Shown here one piece after another: positions 37,201 through 49,200 of a stretch of 64,000 bases of DNA (positions are counted from its first letter, which is position 1; each line of letters starts with the position of its first letter). The translations under genes were made by a program, and so were the position numbers. This stretch comes from Flaccisagitta enflata (Eukaryota), in assembly GCA_965153355.1 (NCBI GenBank), contig OZ231126.1:27900001-27964000 (forward strand), given 5' to 3'. The notes below the pieces were generated by a model. The model was not told where the DNA came from, ran no database searches, and worked only from the letters and a program-made list of their open reading frames with translations.

Positions 37201-40200
37201 AGGAAAGAAGCGGAAAGGAAAGCAGAGGAGGAGAGAAGGAAGGCGGTGGCTAAGAGAGACGCGGAAGAAAGGAAGAAGATGGAGGAGAAGAAAAGACGCG
37301 AAGAAAGGAAAAAGGAGGAAGAGAAGAAAAGGAAAGAAGAGGAGGAGAGGAAGAAGAGAGAAGCGCAAAAGAAAAGTCAGCAAAGACAACTGCCATCCAA
37401 GACGCCGCCCTCAACCGCACGTGAACATCCTCTCCACGAGCAATTGCGCACGAGACAAGATGCAGCGGAGCAAGAAAAGAACGCGATGGATCACGCGGAC
37501 GCAATGGCAAGAGTCCAACAACTGATCAGCGATCTCAACCTGGAGGACAGCGTCGTTTTGCAGACACGTGTTCAGCCGCGCAAATCGACGCCGCCATCAC
37601 CAAGCTCACCCGTCATCGTCCACCAAATCGCGGGTGATCTTCCAGCTCCGCAAGCATCCCGCAACACACGCGGAAGTCAACGCCCTCTGGTCGACGACGT
37701 CTTCGACGACGAAGGGTTCGAACGCGTCGACAGACGGAAGTCGAGAAAGACGCCGCCCCCAACGCCGTCGCCTCCTAGATATCAAAGACGTCAAACCGGA
37801 AGTGACTCCGCGCGAAACGGCCTCGCGCATTCGCAATCCTTCGCCGAGAGGATGAACGCGGTGTCCTTCATCGATAACCCGATTGCCTACGACGCCCGCG
37901 TCAGAGCGAAGGACGTGGGATTGAGGGAGATGCGCGCAGCACGCCCAAGAGAAGCGTATGGATACCTCGAGCCAATCGACTATATCATCGCCAAATCCAA
38001 GTTTGAAAATGCCGCCTCTAACATCGAGCTAGACGAAATTGATAAAGTGACTGAATTGGCCAACGTCTTCGCGAATCCAGCGAAGGAAATTATCGACGGT
38101 CAACAACTCATCATCAAGGCGCACAATATGCGCCGCGTCTACAGCACCTTGTGGAAACGCCTGGACGAAATGTTCAACACGAGCGTCAATCCGTTCCAAT
38201 CGGCCGTCGATAGCATCTGCAGGAAAAGAAAGGTCCCAGAAAACGACATGAAAGCCCATCAAGCGTTGATTGGCACGTTGTACAAACTGGAAAGCGTCGC
38301 AGAACTGCTGAATGCAACTGGGGAGTGTGATCGTGACGTCCACATCCGCCGCATCATCAACGCGTAGGTGCCACATATCTCGACTGACTATTGGAAAGCA
38401 AGCGCTCGTGAACAAGCTCGCCACGGCACGGCTTACGGCTTCCAAGAACTCATCGAGGAGGTGAAGCATTGGGTATCGTTCAACAACCTCAAAGAACCGA
38501 CACGCATGGCGCCGAAACCGACAAAGGTTGCAGCGACGGCAGTCGGTCCGGCGACCTTCAAGGAACAGCTCAACTCACCGCCGAAGCAACAACCCAATGA
38601 CATCTGCAACATTTGTGGAGGTCGCCACCACTCCCATTCGTGTCATGTTTCGGAAGCCATCCCATCAGCAGAGGATCGTGTGAAGAAGTTGGCGGAGAAA
38701 CGTCTATGCTTTCATTGTTTCTGCCCAAACCATTCAGCGCGTGACTGCAAAGACAAGCCGACGTGTTCATCCTGTAATAAGAGACACGCAACTCTGCTGC
38801 ATGATCGCCAATTCAAGCTGAGAGGAAATGGGGAAGGAATCACGTTTAAGACGCCAAATCCCGCCGCATTAGCCGCAGCCGCCGCCGCCTCCAAAACCGT
38901 TCCTCCAGCGCCCCCAAGCAGCTCGTCGACGGACGACTCTGCATCTGATGAAGGAAGAGTGATGGAGGCGTGACTCGCTGCTACCTCCGCGATGAGGACG
39001 GTAGTTGCGGAGGATGATGTCACGCGACCGATTGTCCCCGTAAAGATCACCAACGCGTCGACGGGCCGTTCCACCATAGTGTTGGGGATGATTGACAGCG
39101 GTGCGGATCGTGACGTTTTATCGCTTCAAATCGTTAAAAAATTAGACTTACCAACCGAAAAGATGCTGATGCGCGTGCATACGGTCAATTGTGAAGTGGT
39201 GGAGGAGAAAGTCTTAGCGTCCTTTATCCTTTCATCGATTGATGAGGAATACAATGTCCACATCAGTAACGCATTAACGGGAGAATTATTGACGGGTGAA
39301 GCGGATATTGCTCCATGCCAACGCGACTTCACAAATCAATCTCATCTTCGCAACGTTCCATTTCCAAAAGTAAATGGTCCTGTCCAATTGATCATCGGCG
39401 CCGCCCATTACGACGCGACGATGCCTGTGGAGGCAAGAAGAGGTCCATTGGGATCTTTGACAGCCTTCAGATGCGGTTTTGGATGGACTGTAGCAGGAAA
39501 GAGTGGACGAAAATCTGATGATACCGCTGTCATTAACGCAATCCATGTGGATAACGTCGCATTGAGCAAATCTCTCGACCGCATGTTCTACCATGACTTC
39601 GCCATTGTATCGGAGGAAGAAATGGGCCAGTCTGAAGAGAATCGTCGCGCTGTAAAACGGGTGATGGAGACGATATACTTCGACGAGAATCTCCAGAAAT
39701 ATGTCGTGGGGCTTCCATGGCTGTATGAGAAAGAGAAAATCGTCGAAATTATCAAGTCTGTAAATGCACGTGCGATGACGATCAAAAGGACAAAAAGCCT
39801 CCGATATAAACTCTCAAACGACCATGACCTCTGCAATCGCGTCTTCAAAGAAATGGACAAATTTGTAGCCACGGGCGTGGCGATAGAGATTGATCCGAAG
39901 AACGACGATGCAACCATCTCATCGCCACGCTGGTATTTACCCATCCATGTGGTGGAGGAAAGGAATAAAACGCGGATTTGTCACGATGGACGCGCGGAGA
40001 CTGGCGGCATTTGCCTCAATGAGCTACTGATTGGAGGCCCTAATATCATGAACGTGTTGACTGAAGTTCTTATGAAATTTCGCCTTCATAAAATCGGTCT
40101 TATGACCGATATTAAGGCGTTTTTTCATAATGTCCGCGTCTATCCTGAGGACGCGGACACGTTCAGATATATGTGGTTCACTGACAAAAGCATGAGAGAA

Positions 40201-43200
40201 GCAGTCGTGATGCTCTTCTTGGCGCACATCTTTGGATCAGTCTCATCAAGTCTCGTCACCAGCTATGTTTTACGCCATCATGCAGAAAAGGTCAAACCAG
40301 ACTTCCCAGAAAATGTCTACGAAATGTTGAGACATGCCTTCTACGTTGATGACGGCTCTGGTGGTGCGGATTCAGTTGACGAGGCACTGCAGTTGAAGCA
40401 AGATCTCATCGCCGCCATGAAGAGCGGCGGATTTACTTTAACCAAGTGGAAGTCGAACGCGGTGGAAGTGATGGACGAGGATCCGAATGTCGCGGTCGAC
40501 TTGAGCGCCAAACTCGAGGAGCCAACGAAGGTCTTGGGGGTCCAATGGTTGCCGTCGACGGACTGCTTCATCTTCAGATGCGATCCAGAAGCGTGTAAGA
40601 GGGTGGCAACAACTCCTCGCGAATTGGTCTCCATGCAAGCCGACAACTATGATCCACTAGGATTCACAGCGCCCCGCGCCCTTGAAGGGAGAAGGTGTCT
40701 CCAGTTGACGAGAGCTTCCGAGAAAGGATGGGATTCGACGATGGAGGAGGCGTTGATCAAACGCTTCGCCAAATGGTATTCTGCGACTCCATTGCTGATC
40801 CAAATTGAAATTCCGCGCCATATCGAGTGGGGCATCGTTAAGGCCATTCGACGAGAAGTTCACATCTTCTGCGACGCCGCCATCCCTGGATTTGGAGTAG
40901 TGGGCTATTGGTTGGTGGAAGACGAGGATGGAACAATCCGCGTTACCATCTTGTGCGCCAAGGCCCACGTCGTCCCTCTTGATGCGTCAAAAGCGTCGCA
41001 CCACAATTCGGTGCCGAGGTTAGAAATGACAGCGGCAGAGAAAGCGGTGAAACTCAAACTTTTCATCAAGAGAACCATTCCAAAGGTGACCGAGGATATG
41101 GTGACGTTCTGGTCAGATTCAGAGGCTGTGCTGAAGATGATTTTTGACCATAAGTCTAAACGCCCGAGCTTCTTTGCAAACCGACTTTCAAAAATCCACA
41201 GCGGCTCAAGTGATTCTCAATGGAGATGGGTTGACACGGACAACAACCCCGCGGACTATTGTTCGCGGGGTATTGACGCCGGCGACAAGGACAAATGGGA
41301 CATTTTCCATTTTGGTCCAAAGTTTCTCTACCTCCCCAAATCTGAGTGGCCGACAATGAATATTGCGACGGCGCCGGAGGCATCAATCAACGCCGTCGCG
41401 ACAGGAGCGGTGGAAGAAGAGGAGGGGGAAAAGGAAAAGGAAATGTTCGCCTATGCAGTGGCTGCCCGTTGCCAGGAATGGGTGGCAAAATTGCGTTTGA
41501 TCGCCGTGATTGTGAAGTGTGCGCAGCGATGGAGACAGAAGGTGAAGGCAAAGACTAGAGCAGCGGCGACGACGCTGCAAAATCCCTACTCTGTATCTAT
41601 GGCTGAATTGTACGACGCACAACGCCGCTTGATCAACGCAATCCAGTTCAAACATTTCCACGGAGAGATAACTAAGTTGAAGGCGGTGGGAAAAACGACG
41701 CCGCTGATCAACGACGCCGGCGCCAAAGTTATCTGCAAGACTCTACGCCATCACAATCCGGTTGTCGACGATAAAGGGACGATGCGTGTCGGAAGCAGAC
41801 TTGTAAACGCGGACATTGGCCATGATGAGAAATACCCGATGATTCTCCCTTCGAAGGATCCGAACGTCGCCTCTCTGATTCGCCACGTCCACCATCAGGA
41901 TCTCCACGCGGGCCCAAAACACGTCTTATGCCAACTGCGACGCTTCGTGTGGATTCTTCGAGGTCTCCAAGCAGTGAAGACAGTTATCCACCATTGCGTC
42001 ACGTGCCAAAGGAACTTCAAAGATCCTATGAAGCAGCAAATGGCGCCTCTTCCTTAACGACGGCTCATTCCAACAGCGCCCTTCGAGGAGGTGGGACTTG
42101 ACTGTATGGGTCACTTCCTGGTGAAACTGAACGGCAGGGCGGATCATAAAGTCTGGGCAGTGGTATTTACCTGCATGGTTTCGAGGGCGGTGCATGTGGA
42201 GGTGTTGTTTAAAATGGACACAGAGGCAATGATCAACGCCATCATTCGATTCGCGGCGAGACGACAAACGGTGCGTCGATTCATCTCCGACTGTGGCACC
42301 AACCTGGTTGGAGCAAATCGCGTCATGAAGGAGGAGATGCAGTCGTGGAACGCGTCGTCGACGGTGGCTCTTCAGCAGCATGGACTCCAATGGGACTTCA
42401 TTCCTCCTGGGACTCCCCATTACGGCGGCGTATGGGAAAGGGTCGTATCCCTTTTCAAAAAACATTTGGCATCCATTACTTCCGGTCACGTGCTCCATTA
42501 CGATGTCTTCCAAACGGCAGTGATCGAGGTGGAAGGAATTCTCAACCGCCGACCTCTCACGCCTTTGAGCGACGACCCTAGCGATACATCGGCGCTGAGG
42601 CCGGTGAACATCTTGCATCCGTCTACGTTCTCACACTCGTCGGCAGCTATTCTCCCTCCAGAGACCGGAAACGACGCCGTGGGAACGAGATGCCGATGGA
42701 GAAACGCACAGGCCCGTGTCGACGCCTTCTGGAAGGTATGGCGCGCCGAATACCTTCAGTTGCTGCACGCAAGGAGCAAATGGACAAAATCGGAAGTTAA
42801 CATCAAAAAAGATGCATTGGTCATCATCGTTGACGAGACGCTTCATCGGCATCAGTGGTCTTTGGGACGCGTCGTCGAAGTGGAAGGATCTGGTGATCAT
42901 GTCCGGAAAGCACAGATCCTACGCCCCGACGGCAAGATCGTCCTCAAGGATCGGTCGAAGATTGTCCGATTGGAGCTGGATTCAGATTAAAAACGGATAA
43001 GTGTGAAGAGAGAGAGAGAAAGTAGACCAGAGAGAAGCATAAGTGTTTCTATTTGTAAAGACTACACATGGAAATGAGGGTTTCTTTCTCTCATGAATTT
43101 TTGGTCTTGTTTACTTTTTCTCAGTCGGTCTGTCTGATATGTTTTTGTGTGTGATTACGGGAGAGAGAGAGGTACATGGTGCCCCCAGTCAGTTGAGAAT

Positions 43201-46200
43201 GTCCGCATGATTGACTGACAATCTAAATTTTGCCATGCCATTTCAATCTCGTATTGACCATATAGAGGCATTCGTTCGTTCATTTTCTTTTCTGTTTTAT
43301 CCATATCGTTGACTGTTGAGTGTGGAGGTCATTTGAGGCGCTGATCGAAGAGTTTTATTTCTTTATTTGCGTATACCATTTAACCTTCCTTCGATGTCAA
43401 TGAATATGTCTTCCCTTTTCCGTTTGATTACACCTCGAAATCTGAATTTTCTCCAAAAACAGGCGTTTACACTATCTTACGCTAAAAGCTTCCCCTTGTC
43501 GGTATCGTCGCATAACTGTTGCAGTAAAGATCCATCGTGTCGCAGCAGAACAACCAAGGCACGCCAGACGAGATCCGCGACGCGAGGAGGCAGCGAATGG
43601 CGCTTGCCCAGGACGAGTTGGTGAGAAATCATGAGGAGGAGACGAGGAGGATGGAGGAGGAACGGGCGAGGGTGGAAGAGGAGAAGAGGAAAGTGGAGGA
43701 AGAGAAGAACGACCCGGAGAAGAAGAGGAGGAGGCAGGAGCAGGAGTCCAGGGCAGCGTCCCTCAGAGAACAACGTCGGCTTCGCGGGTTGCAACAGTCT
43801 GCTGTTGGAGGAGCTGATGACGTCATCGACGGGGTCAGCCATCTCTTCAACAGCTCGTCTTCCGGTGCGTGGACCGTTACGGACCCTATTCCTGCTTGGG
43901 CCCTCAACGCGTTCGATGCCAACACCTTCGCCGACAAGCGCGCCGCCAGTGAAGCGCGTCGTCAAGCCGACGATGCGCTCCGGGCGGAAAGAAAGGCGAG
44001 AAGAAATCAAGCTGCCAACGAAAGCTTCGATACGGCAGTTTCGGGAGTGGAAGCCTCATGGGGGATTCGACGTCGGAGTCAACCACGGACGCCCCCCCGC
44101 CGCCACGTGGAGCAGAAGGAGTAGAGCGACAAGATTTAAATGACCCTAACAACTTGGACTTTGACGATGACGACGACGACGACGATGACGATGACAATTA
44201 CGAAACTCAGGATGACAGTGAGGATGATGACATGGATACTCACGAACATGACGGAAGGGGAGAGGGACTTCCTCCCGGGGAGGTTGCTCAACCCGCCCTT
44301 ACAGGCCCCCAAGGGGTATTGACTGCTCCTCCTCTTGCTCCCCCAATTCTGCCGCCGCCGCCGCAGACGTCGCAGGCGGTCGTGGAGTCGTCGACGTTAC
44401 AAGTAACGCCGGCCGCAGACTCGACCGTACCGGCGCCGTTTCAAGCATCACCTGACGCGACGCTGGTGATCCCGCCGCACATCAGTGACCTGTCCTCCAT
44501 CTCGCAGGAACAAGGAGTCGAATTGGTGAAGATCTACAACGCCCAAGTCGACGCCCTCATCGAACGGAAGCACACTGCGATGTACCACGACAAGCAGCGT
44601 AGCTTACGTGCGGAGAGAGATGCCCTTCATCCACAAGCCGAGCGAAGGGCATATGTTCCTACGCAAATCATCAGAGACGAATTAGTCGAAGAGGACGGAG
44701 AGATTGCGACGGTTGAAACTCGCGAGACGCTTCAATTGTGTAAAATCATCAACATCAGATCAATTGGAGCAACGGCGGACATGGGAAATGGGACTTTGAG
44801 AGACATTTCCCGTGGAAAAGCCTCAAATCAGAGAAAAAGACGACGTGAAGGAGCCGCTCGTCGGATCGCGGAGGCTACGCGTTCGACCGGAAGTGGCAGC
44901 GATCAGCGTCAGACGCCCGTGACGCAGGATCCTCCACAACATCATCCGAGAGACGATCGACGAGCCAAAGCTGGCGGCAACAATCTACAAATCGAAGTGA
45001 GTGAGAAGAGACGTCGGGTGAGCAGGGGTGGACCGCCGGATGCATCCGCATCGTTGTCATCGACGGTGATGGATGGTCCTGCGAGATTACCACATGGTCC
45101 TGCTCCCCAGCCTCCTCCTCCTCAACGCCAGCGGTCACGTGACATTTCACCAATCCGTGTCCCAACTCAAACGACGACGACAACGAATAACCAAGGGGGT
45201 GCGCTCGCAGGGGCAGCCGCAAATCTGCCCCCACCTCCTCCTCCTCCCGTCAACGACGACCAACAGCGACGAGAGGAGCAAAACGCCAACAAAAAGAAGA
45301 GAAATCGTCGTCCAAAAAGGAAGTCTGGGGATGCGTCGATGTCCAACAGGTCGTCAACGTCGACTGCATCCGCTTCTTCTCCTTCACATCGCCCTCCCCA
45401 ATCGCCGGAAGACCTTCTGACCGAGAAGATGTTGGCCATCGCCATCAAGCTGCCAAATCATCCTCGGCCAAAGGACATTCAAAAAGTTGTAGACATTCTT
45501 CCGGCGGCATTCTATCCCAACTCATCTCCGATGGATCGCGCGATCCACGCTGCCGATCACGCCGCGGATAGAGCCAGATTGGCGAGGAAGCTTATCGAAC
45601 AGTACAATTTTAGGATGAAAGTTGTCGGTGAGCATGACGCAAAGGTTGCTCAGATGGCCCACGTCCACGCTGAGTTCTCTCAGCCCGACGGACAGATGCC
45701 TTCGACTTCCGGCACTCAACGCCACTCCGCGTCGTCGAGCAACCACGCGCCACCTTCCGGCAGAAACCCCCCTCCACGCCACAGTAGGAAAGACGACGCG
45801 CCATCCTATCGTGGAGGCAAGGGCGGCAGGGGTAAAGGCCGGAAGTAGAGGGTCTCGTCGCCATGATCCCGGCCATCATCTTCCCACTTCAATCGCGCGT
45901 ATCATACCGACGTTTCACGTCGTCGCGGAAGACTAGCGGTTGATCATCCAATGGCGACTCGAGATGCTTCCGGTGACGGACAGGCCGGCCGTCCTCGCTT
46001 CTCTAGAGGGCGGTCGGGGGAGGGGGTCCCACCGGGGACCCCCCTGCGACCCTCCCGCGTAAGTGTCGAGGGGTAGGGGGGGTCTTGAATTGCTCATGAA
46101 TCAATTGTACCAAATTAGAATATTAAGCGTATGATTTGAGGAATGAGAATCAGTTGTAACTCTCCAAATCCGTTTCTCCATGCCCATCCCGGGTGTGGGG

Positions 46201-49200
46201 GAATCCCCCCTCCCACTTACCTTTCAGAGACGCACGTGCTGGAGTGATGGACAATCCTAACGGGGCGTTGGTACGTAGAATAGTATAGTGTATACATTAG
46301 TATAGACCACTTAGCATATAGTCTAATTATTTATTTCAGTCCATCATTCCCGTGGATCTAGTTTCGTTTAATTTCCTTTTTTTTAGCATGAAGACTGGAT
46401 GCAGAATGGAGCAAGAGGAGCAATTCATAACCAGACCGTAGCGATAGCCCGGACGATCGACGGTGGTAGGTGTCTCTTCTCCTAGAACCCATTTTCTGAA
46501 TCGTCTTATCCGCGCGAGATCCACATTATTTATAATAGTGTCTTTGTAATTTTAAATTTTGTTTTGAGATGAGCCCCGGATGTTGTCATAGCTTGTATAA
46601 TTTTAAATGAATGGTATTCCCTGACAAGAAACTAGTTAGATACGAGATTTGAAATTTTTTTGGCAAATATTTCAAATGGGGGGACTGTGACATTCTTCAC
46701 ATTCCCCACCATATCCAGGTCAAGAAGCGCTCGATCGGATGCATTCGACTCCGCGGATCCCGAAGAGGAGGAGAGGCTCTCTCGCCGTCGATGATTCCAA
46801 GATGGCGTCTGCTCGACTGCAGAGTGGAGGAAATCGAGGAAAAGGAGAGAGATCTTCGATCGACAGAGGAAGTGGAGGAACGCGCGCGCGCGCCGAAAGC
46901 GCTGACTTCCGGTTGAGGATTGATGGACTGTATCTCCTCAATCGCTTAGAGGAGAATAGACTTCGACCCCTCTAACGAATTCCCACGACGCGACGGTTTC
47001 ATTGAATTTTGTTCCATTGCTGCCAAATAATTTCAAATCTTGTGATGCTTTGATTAAATTTGTTATTTATTCCTAGGTTAAGTAAAAGTAGCTTCCCTGA
47101 CTCTCTTACTGACATTCGACTTCACAATCTCAGTTAAAGACTCGATTTTGATGCTTTTTCCCCCGACTTCCCTGCCCTGCGCCTAGATTGGAAACCGTTC
47201 GACAACATCCGTGTAAGTCCTTGACCTTTTACCTTTTTGGCGCGTTTACTGAAGTATCCTTCATTGATGTACAGAGTTTGTCCTAACCTTTTTCTTTCTC
47301 TCTGTCCATCAGGATTCCACGAATAGACTGATTTCGCGGACAACTTGACCGCTCATCTCAACAATTCGTTCTAAGCGGGTGTACGTTCCAAATCATTAGC
47401 GCAGCTACGCAGTGGAGTCAGTTCTCGCGATTACGCATCAGGAGCTTGATAAGAAATCAGACGTTAAACGCTCTCAGTAGGGTATTTGATTATCCTCTTT
47501 CATTTGGCGCCAAGCAAAATGCTCTACGACAAATATTTTTTGCGCTATGATTTTTTAAAAATTTGTTTATAAAAAATTCAAATTGAATTTTCGATTCATT
47601 TTGATTTTAAATAGGATCAATAAAGGAGTGTATTTACGTTAGTTTGAGCATGCAAATATAAGAAAACATGTTTTTGGGCATAGCTGCTCATCTCTGAGGT
47701 TGTTTTTGAGCAGTCTAGCTCATTTAGCTCAGTTTTTTTTTATTTCAAATGCGATAAATGAATGAATATTTTGAAACATTTTTAAGCAAGCAGATACAAA
47801 AAAGTATATCAGTGAGCTTAGGTGCTCGCCTGCGAGGGTGTTTTTAAGAATTCTATCTCTCTTAGCTCATTTAGCTCAGTCTTTTTTTTCTTCTAATTTT
47901 TAATGAAATAAATGAAAAAATATTTTGATGTGAGCATGCAAAAGCATGTCAGTGAGCATAGCTGGTTATCTGATTTAGTGATTTTAAGCATTTTAGCTCA
48001 TCTAGCTCATTTGGCTCAGTCCTATTTTTCTCTGATTTTCAGTTCAATCAATATATACAATTGCTCTTGATTTGATCTAACAAATATAAAAATTTGCAGT
48101 GACTGAAAACAGAAGCTTGGTGAAAAGTGACCAATGCTTACTACTTTTTTCCTTACGGCGACAGCCGCTATTACTGGTATGTACACCCCTGCTGTTTTGT
48201 ACGCACCGCTGTAGGCGTTGATTTTTACTCCACCCGCGCAAGATGCCATAACGTTGTATGGGTTGATGCCGGACATCCACACCTTGTATTGAGCCTTCTC
48301 CAGCACTTTTCTGCGCCAAAAATAAGAAATGCGAGAGGAGTTGAAATTCACATTATGGAATTCGGCCATCTAACCTGCTAGTGGTCGGACAGGAACCCCT
48401 AAAGGCAAAGGCGGAACCAAAAACAAGTCCTCGTCATACCCGCATGCTTTTGATGTGGCGACGCCCTTCTTGAAATCGCATCTATATCTATTCCCCGAGT
48501 TTGCGGGACAGCAATTGTCCTTGAGACTCTTCCACATGTCCCCACCCAAAAAGCCGTGATAATACATGAAGTAAAGGGCAGAATTGTCGTTGATGTCGTA
48601 ACTGGAGATGCCATTTCCCACGGCGATACCCTTCAGATTAATGGCGGGATCTTGCGCTGCTCTTTCAGCCAAAGTTGGGACGTAGACGCCGGCATAACTT
48701 TCCCCTTGGTTTTGATAAAAGGAAGGCTCAACTGTTATTTCAGCAAAAAAAGGTCCATCTATTTCTGTATTATGTCTATCACTCTCCCTACCTGTGATGT
48801 AAAAATCGTTCTTCTTGAACTCAGGATACTGGTTGAAAAAGTCCGTGAGAGCTGCGTGATTGGCATGAGCAACCTGTACGTCGCCGGTTTCGTATTTGCC
48901 ATCGTCAGAATAGGAATATCCGACGCCTTAATAAGAATGAAGATTCATTAGTGTCTGCCATGGGTTAAACGGCGGATATATTTACGTGATACAGCTTAAG
49001 TGCTGCTCTATCCGTCAGTGCAATAATACAGTGACTTGATCTATGATTTTTTTTCATTCTGCTGCATTCACCTGCAGGGGCTTCAATGTACAGAACGTTG
49101 GCAAGTTTGTTCCATGAATAAGGGTTCAACTTGATTGTCTTGCCATCAGGCTGTGATGGGATTGGGAATATAGTTTAAAAGTGGAGCAAAGGTCTTTTAA

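Larger units (their letters stand above)
35006..47476 (+). mobile_element. Full-length Bel/Pao LTR retrotransposon (Belpaoviridae), inserted antisense in CTSA intron 6
   Basis: TG...CA termini; 5-bp TSD GTAGG (35001-35005 / 47477-47481); two 791-bp LTRs; gag with three Cys-His boxes; PR-RT-RNaseH-IN order; purine tract AAATGGGGGGA-C before the 3' LTR. Confidence 0.97.
34883..48191. mobile_element. AT-rich dispersed element (34883-35005 plus 47477-48191) split by the Bel/Pao insertion
   Basis: The joined flanks align with a second copy at 52775-58062 (GAAGTTAGTCTTCGA..CATTTGGCGCCAAGC..GAGCATGCAAATA..ACGGCGACAGCCGC). Confidence 0.75.

Noticed and set aside
35925-42057. Alternative genetic code suggested by in-frame TGA, TAG and TAA in gag-pol
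   Set aside because: Host genes end at TGA (CARMIL) and TAG (CTSA) and show no internal stops. Accompanying frameshifts indicate ordinary decay.
43537-45848. env gene
   Set aside because: No signal peptide, transmembrane anchor or Cys-rich ectodomain; reported as an unknown accessory ORF instead.
45983-46060. HDV-like ribozyme (starts GGCCGGC, contains TCCTCGC)
   Set aside because: No downstream P1 partner or nested double pseudoknot could be built; simple hairpins explain the sequence.
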